From positions 64,001 to 128,000 of the IMG/VR virus record IMGVR_UViG_3300013121_000044: 64,000 nucleotides of DNA; one strand, written 5' to 3'. This DNA is from a virus (Duplodnaviria; Caudoviricetes). This document shows, in pieces, positions 19,481-27,890 of this stretch. Numbering within the stretch: the first letter of the stretch is position 1; each line of letters opens with the position of its first letter. Under the pieces are notes generated by a model. It worked only from the letters and a program-made list of their open reading frames with translations, was not told the origin of the DNA and searched no databases. Position numbers and translations under genes: made by a program.

Positions 19481-19921
19481 TTACCTCTTCGGGGCGTCAT
19501 CTTCAGAGAACGCGGCGACCTTCTTCCGCGCCTCCGCCTCGCGGCGTTCCCGTTCGATCGCCGCGAGCTTCGCCCGCCGCTCCTCCTCGGCTTCGGCCTG
19601 CTGGTAGGCGGGGAGGTACCGGTCCTCAAACACCTCCGCCTCATAGAGCTTGAGGAGGCGATCCACGTCAGCCCGGAGCGGGGCGTGTAGCGCCGCGTGC
19701 GCGTTCTTATCGGACAGGGGCCCGTAGGTGGCGTCGAGGAGGAGGTGCCCGATCTGTCCCAACAAGCTCACGAGGACGGTCATCTCCACGTGACGCAAGT
19801 TGCGTTGGCGGAAGAGAACCTCCTGCATCACGGCGTCGCGAAACGAGCCCGCCGGGGGGAGCGGAACGCCCGCCGCAAGCGCCCGCGCCCTGACCGCGCC
19901 CGAGGGGCGGCTCAGAAACCC
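19481..19921 (-). CDS. Tail assembly chaperone, -1 frame extension (gpT-like)
   Basis: The -1 frame from GGG TTT at 19921 (GFLSRPSGAVRARALAAGVPLPPAGSFRDAV) is open into ORF 19481..19831. Confidence 0.75.
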   Translation of the reverse strand, partial: GFLSRPSGAVRARALAAGVPLPPAGSFRDAVMQEVLFRQRNLRHVEMTVLVSLLGQIGHLLLDATYGPLSDKNAHAALHAPLRADVDRLLKLYEAEVFEDRYLPAYQQAEAEEERRAKLAAIERERREAEARKKVAAFSEDDAPKR

Positions 19922-20493
19922 GTGGGTGCGCCGTTCGAGAGAGCCGCGTAGGTCCAGCGGTCGAATTGCGAAAGCGTCGCGTAGATCGTGTCGAGGAAGG
20001 GGTCGCCGAGTCCGTCGACATAGCGAAGGCGCTCGTTGAAGGCGGCCTCCTGGGCGTCGAGGTCCGCGTCCGGGGGGGCGAAGGCCAGAGCCTTCTTCCC
20101 GAACTGGACGAGGGAGCCCGCGAGACAGATGCGCAGAGTGGCTTGAGAATGAACGCGCGGGTCGTTCGTCCGCAACGTGTCGAGCACGTTCGCGACCCGC
20201 TGGCGGCAGTAGGCGTCTCGGGTTCGGAGCACGAGCGTGCGGCGGCCTCCGTAGAGCGGGATCGTCTTCTCGTAGAAGCCCCGCTCGATCATCGCGTCGA
20301 GGATCTCCAACGCCTGCTCCGTGGTGAGGCCCGCCGCTTTGACACGGTCCTCCCAGGTCTCGGGCTTCGGGGCTTCCGGCGGGGGAGCCTTGGGTGCTGC
20401 CGGGGTCGCTGCTTCGTCCAGCATCGCCTGCGCGAGCTTCTCTTCGTCGGCCAGTTGCTTCTCGTCCGCGTACTCACCGGGTCTGCGCGTCAT
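19912..20493 (-). CDS. Tail assembly chaperone (gpG-like)
   Basis: 193 aa, two genes upstream of the tape measure gene, ending ACG GGT TTC TGA on a slippery heptamer. Confidence 0.8.
   Translation of the reverse strand: MTRRPGEYADEKQLADEEKLAQAMLDEAATPAAPKAPPPEAPKPETWEDRVKAAGLTTEQALEILDAMIERGFYEKTIPLYGGRRTLVLRTRDAYCRQRVANVLDTLRTNDPRVHSQATLRICLAGSLVQFGKKALAFAPPDADLDAQEAAFNERLRYVDGLGDPFLDTIYATLSQFDRWTYAALSNGAPTGF
19915..19921 (-). other. Programmed -1 frameshift slippery site G GGT TTC
   Basis: X XXY YYZ heptamer in the correct phase immediately before the stop codon; the -1 frame is open. Confidence 0.8.
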
Positions 20494-20543
20494 TCGGGGG
20501 TACCTCGTGGTATGAGCCTACACACCTGTAACAGGAGGCTCTC

Positions 20544-22583
20544 GTGATGGCAACTCTTCGTGAATGGCTCTCGAATCCCGCGCTCGGACTCGTTCGTTCG
20601 GTGCGCTCCTCCCAGATCGCCATGGCCGAGGCCGTGGACGACGTGATCGCAAACGGCGGTCTCGCCTTCCTGGAGGCGGGTACGGGAACAGGCAAATCCT
20701 TCGCCTACGGCCTGCCCGCCGTCCTCTCCGACAAGCGCGTGGTCATCTCGACGGGGAAGAAGGCGCTTCAAGAACAGCTCGTGGCGAAAGACCTCCCGCA
20801 CCTCACGCGCACCGTACGCGGCGCGGGGTACGCCCTCGTGAAGGGCAAGGGGAACTACGTGTGCGAACTCCGCGTGGAGGAGTTCCGCAACAGCTCTTTC
20901 TTTTTGTCGATCCCCAACGCGGAGACGGATAGGTTCTTCGCGTGGTTGGAGGACGACCAGTCCAAGGAGGGTCTCGGAGATCTCTCGGGCTGGACCCTCC
21001 CCTGGATCCACAACGTTCGGGTGACCGAGTGCGTGAAGAAGCACTGCCCCCACGCAGAAGACTGCGGCTACGTGCGAAGCCGCGAACGTGCGAAGGCGGC
21101 GCGACTCCTCGTCGTCAACCACGCGCTCCTCGCGCACGACCTCGCCATCGGGGGCGGCAAGATCCTCGGGGAATACGACGTACTGGTGATCGACGAGGCG
21201 CATCAGGCGCCGAAGTTCTTCCGCGACGCGTTCTCCCTCCACCTCCACCCCCGGCAGCCGGACGTGATCGCGCGTACGCTCAAAGACTCCGACTTCGAGC
21301 TCGGGGAGGACTTCGCCCGCGTCTACGTCTCGATCTTCTCCGCTCTCCCGAACCGCGCGCAGGAGCTCCACCTCGACGCGACCCTCGTGGCCCTCTTCGG
21401 CGAGCTCTACGCGAAAGTGTCGCGTGTGCACGAGGCGATGCTGTCGCGCGGCATCCTCGACGATGCGGAGGGTGGCGAGAGCGGCGGGCCGAGCGAGTCC
21501 GCGCGCGTCCGCGCGAAGCTGCGGGCCGGGGGCATGATGCTCGGCAAGGTCCGGCGGCTCTGCGAGATCGTCTTGGCCCTTCCGCCGGGGAACGCCCCCA
21601 CCGGGGACGCCGAGGACGCCACGCCCGTCGCGCCTCCGAGCGAGTGGGTGAAGTTCGTCGAGAAGCGAAACCGCGACGAGACGCAGGTCGTCGTGACTCC
21701 GCTGGAGGTGGGGCCCCTCGTGGCCCCCTCGCTCCTCAGCCTCGGCGGCGTGGTGGTCACGAGCGCCACGCTCGCGACCGCGAACGGGATGGAGTACGTC
21801 GCGCGCGAATACGGCCTGTCGACCAAGCAGATCCGCCTGAAGAGCGTGTACCCGTCGCCCTTCGACTACGCCAACCAGTCGGCCCTCTACGTGTCCGGCA
21901 CGTCCCCGGACCCTGCGTCGCGGAACGCCGATTACTACGCGCGCATGTGCGTCGAAGTTCACGAGCTCTGCGACGCCTCGCGGGGCGGGGCGTTCGTCCT
22001 CTGCGCCTCGACGGAAGACATGGAGGAGATTCACAACGGGATTTACAAACTGAACGTCCTGACGCGCGGCCCGACGACCTACCGCCTCGGGAAACAGACG
22101 GGGGCCTCCCCGGAGGTGCTCGTGAAGTGGTTCCTCGACGACCCCACCAGCGTCTTGGTGGGCCTCAAGACCTACTGGGAAGGCGTCGACATCCCTGGGG
22201 ACGCGCTGCGGCTGGTCGTGATCCCGCGCCTGCCTTTCCCGAACCGAGGCGACGTGATCCTCACGGCACGCAAGCGCGCCTTCATCGAACGGCTCCAGGA
22301 GGAGAACCCGGACCTCGACACGGACAAGGCGGGCATCCGGGCGTGGGAGGCGTTTGATTTTCAAGAGGCCATCATGGACTTGAAGCAAGGCGCGGGACGC
22401 CTGATCCGTACGGAGACGGATCGCGGCATCGTCGCGATCCTCGACAAACGCGCGTACCGGCGCGCGAAGAACTACTCGCACAAGGTCCGCGCCGCGCTGC
22501 CTCATCCGGAGACGTACGAGAAGGAGACGGTGCTCCAGATCCTGCGGGGCTTCGGCGCACAGGCGCTCGCGAGGACGCGATGA
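20544..22583 (+). CDS. dinG: DinG/YoaA-family ATP-dependent DNA helicase (Fe-S)
   Basis: EAGTGTGKS, 4-Cys cluster, VVNHALL, IDEAH, TSATL, WEGVDIPG, KQGAGRLIR. Confidence 0.95.
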   Translation: MMATLREWLSNPALGLVRSVRSSQIAMAEAVDDVIANGGLAFLEAGTGTGKSFAYGLPAVLSDKRVVISTGKKALQEQLVAKDLPHLTRTVRGAGYALVKGKGNYVCELRVEEFRNSSFFLSIPNAETDRFFAWLEDDQSKEGLGDLSGWTLPWIHNVRVTECVKKHCPHAEDCGYVRSRERAKAARLLVVNHALLAHDLAIGGGKILGEYDVLVIDEAHQAPKFFRDAFSLHLHPRQPDVIARTLKDSDFELGEDFARVYVSIFSALPNRAQELHLDATLVALFGELYAKVSRVHEAMLSRGILDDAEGGESGGPSESARVRAKLRAGGMMLGKVRRLCEIVLALPPGNAPTGDAEDATPVAPPSEWVKFVEKRNRDETQVVVTPLEVGPLVAPSLLSLGGVVVTSATLATANGMEYVAREYGLSTKQIRLKSVYPSPFDYANQSALYVSGTSPDPASRNADYYARMCVEVHELCDASRGGAFVLCASTEDMEEIHNGIYKLNVLTRGPTTYRLGKQTGASPEVLVKWFLDDPTSVLVGLKTYWEGVDIPGDALRLVVIPRLPFPNRGDVILTARKRAFIERLQEENPDLDTDKAGIRAWEAFDFQEAIMDLKQGAGRLIRTETDRGIVAILDKRAYRRAKNYSHKVRAALPHPETYEKETVLQILRGFGAQALARTR

Positions 22584-22837
22584 GTCGAAAGCGGAAGGAC
22601 AGGCCGCGCCTGACGTTCGTGGAAGACGATCACCTCTTTTTGGAGCCGTCACAGGACAAGGGCCCTCCGTCCTGGGCGCTCACGGAGGAGGAGATCAGGC
22701 GCGCGGAGAGAGTGATCCTTCAAGCGATGGGGATCCCCGCGAAATACTTCGACGCGGAGCAAGAGTCGTACGCCCGCCTCCGTGCGCTCTACGCACCCCT
22801 GCTCGAACGTGTCGAGCGCGCGAAACGGAAGATCTGA
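22580..22837 (+). CDS. Hypothetical protein
   Basis: 85 aa, ATGA overlap with DinG. Confidence 0.6.
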   Translation: MSRKRKDRPRLTFVEDDHLFLEPSQDKGPPSWALTEEEIRRAERVILQAMGIPAKYFDAEQESYARLRALYAPLLERVERAKRKI

Positions 22838-22876
22838 TTCGTTCCCTCCCCCGAAAGTCCGTGGTAAACCCTCCCC

Positions 22877-23317
22877 GTGAACACGCTCCCCCCCACGACG
22901 TGCGCCGTCTGTCGGGGCCCCGTCTTGCCCGGACACAAGGTGCAGCAGGTCTGGGTGGTCGCAGAGGTGTCGGAATACGGCGTACCGCTCGTCGCGCAAG
23001 AGCCTGAGGCGGCACACGTCGCGTGTGCGGACCCCCTTCACCCCTGGCGTCATCGGGACGTTCCGCGCACGTCCCTCCGAAAAGGTCTCGTCGAGATGCC
23101 CCAGAAACTCGCCCCCAGTCACCAGTGCGCCAAGTGCGGTAAGGTCTTCCGCGTGGGTGACCGCGTTCAAGAGCTCTATGTCGTAGATGCCGTGGCCGTC
23201 GACCCTCAGATCGGTGCGCCCGGGATCCGCTGCGCGGGGCAGGCGGAGTATGCGCACAAGGACTGTGACGACCCCGACCTGTCGAGGGGCCGCGAGGCCC
23301 TGGTGGTGCTCTCATGA
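22877..23317 (+). CDS. Double zinc-finger protein
   Basis: Two internal repeats CxxC...V.....H..C.DP. Confidence 0.65.
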   Translation: MNTLPPTTCAVCRGPVLPGHKVQQVWVVAEVSEYGVPLVAQEPEAAHVACADPLHPWRHRDVPRTSLRKGLVEMPQKLAPSHQCAKCGKVFRVGDRVQELYVVDAVAVDPQIGAPGIRCAGQAEYAHKDCDDPDLSRGREALVVLS

Positions 23318-23769
23318 AGGGCATCCGTTCCCCCTGGGCCAAGCCCCCGGCCGCGCCGGAGGATCCGTTGGAAGGGGCGCGCCCGGGGCGACAACCCGTG
23401 CAGATTCAGGGTCGCACGTACACGTTCGTCGTCAACCTCCCTCTCCGGTTGCCCGAGGACAAGGCGAAGGGGCTCGCGTTGAACGCGCTCGGCGAGGCTC
23501 TCGGGGAGCTCCAGGCGGAGCACCCGGAGTTTCAAACCGAACTCGCGACACAGCGCCTGTCCCTCGACGAACGCCCGCTCGGGGCGTGCGTTTCCCTCCC
23601 TCTCGGCTCCCGAATCCTGCACGCGCTCGCGAGCTCCACCAACGAAGCTCTCGCCCTGGCCATGGCCGTGGATCGCCTCGCGCTCGCGCTCACCCGACTC
23701 ATGGCGGATAAACCCGGGGCGCGTGCTATCCTCGACGCGCACTACATCAACCTCCTGAGGACGACATGA
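23314..23769 (+). CDS. Hypothetical protein
   Basis: Part of a chain of overlapping ORFs. Confidence 0.6.
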   Translation: MKGIRSPWAKPPAAPEDPLEGARPGRQPVQIQGRTYTFVVNLPLRLPEDKAKGLALNALGEALGELQAEHPEFQTELATQRLSLDERPLGACVSLPLGSRILHALASSTNEALALAMAVDRLALALTRLMADKPGARAILDAHYINLLRTT

Positions 23770-23999
23770 ATGAGATCAAGTGTGGCGACTGCGCCCACTT
23801 CCATGTTCAGAAACGTGGAAGCCCCAAGGGCCTGGAGGAGATCAAATCCTACGCCCTGTGTGGCGCCAAGTCGGTGTATCACGCGAACAACCCCGATCTG
23901 CCGGAGGGAGCTCAGACGACGACCGAGCCCGTCGCCAAGCCCGTCGTCGTGACGCGTGAAATGCTCGTCACCCACTGCGACGTTGCGCGGAGGGCGTGA
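23766..23999 (+). CDS. Small Cys-rich (zinc-binding) protein
   Basis: CGDCAHF...C...C. Confidence 0.6.
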   Translation: MNEIKCGDCAHFHVQKRGSPKGLEEIKSYALCGAKSVYHANNPDLPEGAQTTTEPVAKPVVVTREMLVTHCDVARRA

Positions 24000-24385
24000 T
24001 GCCACCGCCTGTGCGCGTGTACGTACCCGGCCAGGACACCGCGATCGACAAGCTCGTTCAGACCTACGACGCGCTCGACGGGAGCACGCTCGCGGTCCGC
24101 GACGAGGCGGAGGAGCGGACGATCGAGGATCCCCTGGGCTTCAAGACCGAAAGCCGTCCGAACGGACGTGAGGCCGCCAAGCGGATGGTCGAGAAGCTCC
24201 TCAAGCTCTCAAGCCTTCTCCTCGTCGAGAACAGGGTGACGGACCCTGCGGACCAGCTCTTCGCGTACGAGCTGTTCAGCCTGAACGTTCTCAACTCCGT
24301 GGACTGCCCGCTCAGTGCTCGGGAGGTGGACGCCGTACGGCGCGAAGCATTCGAGTACTACGACAAGGCCACCCGGACGACGTGA
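23996..24385 (+). CDS. Hypothetical protein
   Basis: Part of a chain of overlapping ORFs. Confidence 0.6.
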   Translation: MMPPPVRVYVPGQDTAIDKLVQTYDALDGSTLAVRDEAEERTIEDPLGFKTESRPNGREAAKRMVEKLLKLSSLLLVENRVTDPADQLFAYELFSLNVLNSVDCPLSAREVDAVRREAFEYYDKATRTT

Positions 24386-24714
24386 ACCACGCCGAATATC
24401 TCTACCTCCTCGGGCTCGTTGAACTGACACGTCGGGCTTCCGAACGTGCTCGGGCGGAAGGAGAGGCATTTCATCCCACGCGTCCCTATTCCCCGCTCGA
24501 CTCGGGTCTCTCTGCCACGGCGTGGTTCGCAGACGGCCAGCGAACGCTCCGCGTCCGTCACCGTCCGGACGGTGATCATCGGTGGGAGGCGCGCGTCGAG
24601 CTCGCATTCCATGCCTTCTTCCCCTCGGGTTGCACCCGCGCAGAACCCGTCAAGGAAGAGGGCTGGATCATTCACGAAGGAACGACACCATGTCCGCTTT
24701 CTACATCTTCCTGA
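24382..24714 (+). CDS. Hypothetical protein
   Basis: GTGA overlap with upstream gene. Confidence 0.45.
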   Translation: MNHAEYLYLLGLVELTRRASERARAEGEAFHPTRPYSPLDSGLSATAWFADGQRTLRVRHRPDGDHRWEARVELAFHAFFPSGCTRAEPVKEEGWIIHEGTTPCPLSTSS

Positions 24715-25247
24715 TGATGTTGGTGGGATACCGCGAACCGGACTCCCTCCGACGATTCCAACGCGCGATCGAGGCTGCCACCGAAGACCCCGAAGAGCGA
24801 CTCCTCCTCGGCACGATCGCACGCACCGAGAACTATTTCCACGGAGGGAGTCCCACGCCCCCCTTCGGCCTGACCTGGGAGACGGAGCAGCGAAGGCTCC
24901 GCTGCGAAGCGTACAGGCGCCGCATGCGAGCCGAGCTTCGCCGACACCCCGGCGCGCTCCCCGTGGAGGTCGAGTGTGAACCCGCCTTCACCATCGAAAC
25001 GGGAGCTGTCTTCGCCCTCCGGTCCATGCGCGCGCTGCGCAGGACCTGTCAACGGGAGGTGCCGCATGCCGAGACCTCCCTCGCAGGCCGCTGGGCCCTG
25101 GCGATGGGCCGCTATCACCACGGGACCACGGGCGCGCACCACGGCTGCTGGGCCGACCCCCTCGCTCGCCTCCAGCTCCGCTGGATGAGCACCCGGCCTC
25201 CTGCGACCCTGCCCCGCCACGCCAACGTGCTTCGCACGCACCCCTAG
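24690..25247 (+). CDS. Divergent lytic transglycosylase (SLT)-like protein with hydrophobic N-terminus
   Basis: LLLGTIARTENYF resembles LLxAIAxxES; TIETGAVFA...WALAMGRYHHG resembles NIxxGAxYL...ALAAYNAG. Confidence 0.5.
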   Translation: MSAFYIFLMMLVGYREPDSLRRFQRAIEAATEDPEERLLLGTIARTENYFHGGSPTPPFGLTWETEQRRLRCEAYRRRMRAELRRHPGALPVEVECEPAFTIETGAVFALRSMRALRRTCQREVPHAETSLAGRWALAMGRYHHGTTGAHHGCWADPLARLQLRWMSTRPPATLPRHANVLRTHP

Positions 25248-25311
25248 GACCTCCGCACAACCTGAAACCTCTGAATGTTCCTGCGCCACGCGCAGGAGGA
25301 AGGACCCTCTC

Positions 25312-26619
25312 ATGCCCAAGTTCCAGTATATGGTGACCGAGGACTACATCCGCGACTGGAGGCCCGCGCACGCGCTCCGCGAGATCCTCGCGAACGGAGT
25401 CGACGCCGAGAGCGAACGCAAGGCCCCGCTCCAGGTCCACCACAACCCGAAGACGAACACCCTCTCGGTCAAGAACGTCGGCACCCGCTTGGACGTGAGG
25501 GCCCTCTATTTCGGGGGTACGACCAAGGCGGGGAACGCCGACACGATCGGTCAGTACGGGGAGGGGCTCAAGCTCGCGCTTCTGGTCCTGGCGCGCAACA
25601 GCGTGCCCGTCAAGGTCCACAACGACGACGAGGACTGGAACGCGACCATCGAGCCCGACGCCAACGGGATGCGCGTCCTCACGGTCAAGACGCGAAAGGT
25701 CGCCACCCCGACGGGGTCGGTCGAAGTCGAGATCGGAAGCGTCGGCTTCGAGCTCTGGTGCGAGGTGCGCGACATGTTCCTGCGCCTCCTTCCCCCGGAG
25801 AAGGCCATCAAGCTGAACGACGGCACGATCCTCTTCGACGCGGACCGCGTCGGTCGCTACTACGTGCGGGGCGTCTTCGTCTCGCATCAGCCGAACGCGG
25901 CGTTCGGCTACGACTTCGCCAACCTGACCGTCGGGCGTGACCGCGCCGCCTTCAACATCACGGACGCGGAGATCTACATCTCGCGAATGTGGGACGAGGC
26001 GGTGACGCGCGCGGATGAGGTGGCGTTGCCGCTGTTCCAGGCAATGCGCTCCGACGCGCAAGATCTGGCGGGCTTCTCCTGGACCGCGCACCCCGCGCTC
26101 TCGGCGCGCCTCGTGAAGATCTTCAAGGACGAGTACGGGGACGACGCCTACCCGATCGTGGCGACGGGCGAGGGGCTGCCGCTGGAGCACCTGGGGCTGC
26201 GCGGGGTGGTACTGCCTCGGGCGCTCGTCGTCTGCCTCAAGCGAGCCCTTCCGCCCGTGGAAACCCTCCAACGGGAGATGGCCCGTGCGGTCAAGGAACG
26301 CTACGCGCTGGAGGATCTCACGGACGCGGAGCGGAAGAACTTCCTCGGCGCCCTCGATCTCCTGGCGGACGTGGGCGTAGACCTGCGGGGACGCGCCGTC
26401 GTCGTCCAATTCGGCGACGCGACGATCCTGGGGCTCCACCAGGGCGAGGAGATTCAGATCAGCCGCGCGATCCTGGGAGACTGGGGGGAGACCCTCATGG
26501 TGCTCATCCACGAGGCCGCCCACGACCTGGGGGTGGACGGCTCGATGAGCCACGTGAGCCGGGAAGAGGCCCTCGTGGTGAAGGTCTTCAACCGGCTTCG
26601 GGCGGGTCGTCCGGGGTGA
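25312..26619 (+). CDS. GHKL (HATPase) ATPase fused to C-terminal HExxH metallopeptidase-like domain
   Basis: LREILANGVDA (N box), IGQYGEGLKLA (G2 box), LIHEAAH. Confidence 0.75.
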   Translation: MPKFQYMVTEDYIRDWRPAHALREILANGVDAESERKAPLQVHHNPKTNTLSVKNVGTRLDVRALYFGGTTKAGNADTIGQYGEGLKLALLVLARNSVPVKVHNDDEDWNATIEPDANGMRVLTVKTRKVATPTGSVEVEIGSVGFELWCEVRDMFLRLLPPEKAIKLNDGTILFDADRVGRYYVRGVFVSHQPNAAFGYDFANLTVGRDRAAFNITDAEIYISRMWDEAVTRADEVALPLFQAMRSDAQDLAGFSWTAHPALSARLVKIFKDEYGDDAYPIVATGEGLPLEHLGLRGVVLPRALVVCLKRALPPVETLQREMARAVKERYALEDLTDAERKNFLGALDLLADVGVDLRGRAVVVQFGDATILGLHQGEEIQISRAILGDWGETLMVLIHEAAHDLGVDGSMSHVSREEALVVKVFNRLRAGRPG

Positions 26620-26986
26620 CGGGAGGGGCTTCGGGCGTCCGCGCGGTGACGAACGCCTCCAGGGCCCCCCGGAGATGGGGGTCCCGGAGGGCCGCGCGGA
26701 CGGCCGGGGACACCGGCAGGCGCTCCAACACGTCCTCGGGCACCTGACCGGAGCGACGGGCGGCGAACCGCTGCACGAGGCGGAGGTTCTTGGCGATGTC
26801 CCAGCCGTTGGCTCGTGAGAGCTCAACGAAAAAAGCCAAACCCGGCTTTCGGAGGGCCCACGCCTCCCACTCGGAGGGGGTCTTCTTGTGGAAGGCGAGG
26901 TTGATGAGCGCCGAGATGAGGGGCCACCCCACCAAAGGCATGAGGAGGGGGAGGTAGGGCAGCGCAGCGACGAGGAAGGGGTGCAT
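26588..26986 (-). CDS. Holin-like membrane protein
   Basis: N-terminal hydrophobic segment MHPFLVAALPYLPLLMPLVGWPLISALINLAF followed by basic residues; the holin role is inferred. Confidence 0.4.
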   Translation of the reverse strand: MHPFLVAALPYLPLLMPLVGWPLISALINLAFHKKTPSEWEAWALRKPGLAFFVELSRANGWDIAKNLRLVQRFAARRSGQVPEDVLERLPVSPAVRAALRDPHLRGALEAFVTARTPEAPPVTPDDPPEAG

Positions 26987-27031
26987 GGGGGAAGGGTAGG
27001 GGTGGGGGAGGGGGAATACGCCGTATGGGGG

Positions 27032-27071
27032 GTCTAAAACAGGGGGTCCCCCCGGGTAGAAGAACATGTAG
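27032..27071 (+). promoter_or_regulatory. Putative phage promoter GTCTAAA-N14-CGGGTAGAAGAACATGTAG
   Basis: Near-identical element at 48568-48606; both are intergenic and upstream of genes with a Shine-Dalgarno site. Confidence 0.6.
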
Positions 27072-27108
27072 GGGAAGACCGGCCCCTAAACCCCCAAGGA
27101 GGACTCCC

Positions 27109-27735
27109 ATGACGACGACCCAACCCACGACGACCCAACCCACGACGACCACCTTCGACCGCAGCATCTTCATCGCGGCCGTGGCTGCGATCCTCTCGAA
27201 GAGCTTCGAGCCGGGCGACGCCCAGGACGCGGCTGCGCTCGTGATGCCGGCGACCGTGTGCACCGCCGACGAGAGGCGGGTGTACTGCCTGCTCTCCGCC
27301 CAGCTCTACGCAGGGGACGGGAAGCCCGCCACGGCGCTCGCGTGGCGGGTGCGGCATGCGTTCGAGGCGGGCGTCATCGGCGCTCCCTCGAAGTACCGCT
27401 TCGCCGCCCGCGAGATCTCCGGGGACGCCATCGCCACGGCCGAGCGCGAAACGCGGCAGGTCCAGCGCCGCATGGCGTCGGACCGGATCGCCGAGCGTCA
27501 GGTCAAGGCCACCGAGCGCCTCGCGGACGCCGTGGAGATGGCTGTCAGGCTCTTCGCCATGCGCGAGGGCAACGGCCAGGACTTCACGGATATCCGGCTC
27601 GCGTACGACGCCCTCGCCAACAAGCGCGACGAGGCGCGCGCGGCGGAGGCGAAGGCGGCGGCCGAGAAGGCGGCGGCCGAGAAGGCGGCGGCCGAGAAGG
27701 CGGCGGCCGAGAAGGCGGCGGCGAAGGCCGCCTGA
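27109..27735 (+). CDS. Hypothetical protein with TTTQP and (AEKAA)n repeats
   Basis: SD AAGGAGG before ATG 27109. Confidence 0.7.
   Translation: MTTTQPTTTQPTTTTFDRSIFIAAVAAILSKSFEPGDAQDAAALVMPATVCTADERRVYCLLSAQLYAGDGKPATALAWRVRHAFEAGVIGAPSKYRFAAREISGDAIATAERETRQVQRRMASDRIAERQVKATERLADAVEMAVRLFAMREGNGQDFTDIRLAYDALANKRDEARAAEAKAAAEKAAAEKAAAEKAAAEKAAAKAA
27651..27720 (+). repeat. 15-bp tandem repeat GCCGAGAAGGCGGCG (about 4.7 copies)
   Basis: Seen directly; encodes AEKAA. Confidence 0.9.
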
Positions 27736-27758
27736 CCGACCACGAAGCTGGAGGTGAA

Positions 27759-27798
27759 GGAGGGACCCCGCGACGGGGTCCCTCCGTCCTCACCTTTT
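27759..27798 (+). terminator. Hairpin / probable terminator
   Basis: GGAGGGACCCCG-CGA-CGGGGTCCCTCC with a short T run further downstream. Confidence 0.5.
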
Positions 27799-27890
27799 GG
27801 CGCTGAGGCGCCGAGCACCACAAGCACCACAAGCACTATGCAGACTCCCGCGCCGGCCGCACACGACCCACCCTTCACCGCAGGAGCTCC

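Noticed and set aside
33-20039. Long plus-strand ORFs over the tail module (e.g. 9775..12867, 2991..4619) and long minus-strand ORFs over the accessory region (e.g. 20490..22652, 59058..60935)
   Set aside because: They are antisense shadows of real genes caused by high GC and codon bias, and carry no recognisable motifs.
20544-22583. Type IV CRISPR-associated CasDinG
   Set aside because: No cas/csf genes or array nearby; it looks like an ordinary YoaA/DinG.
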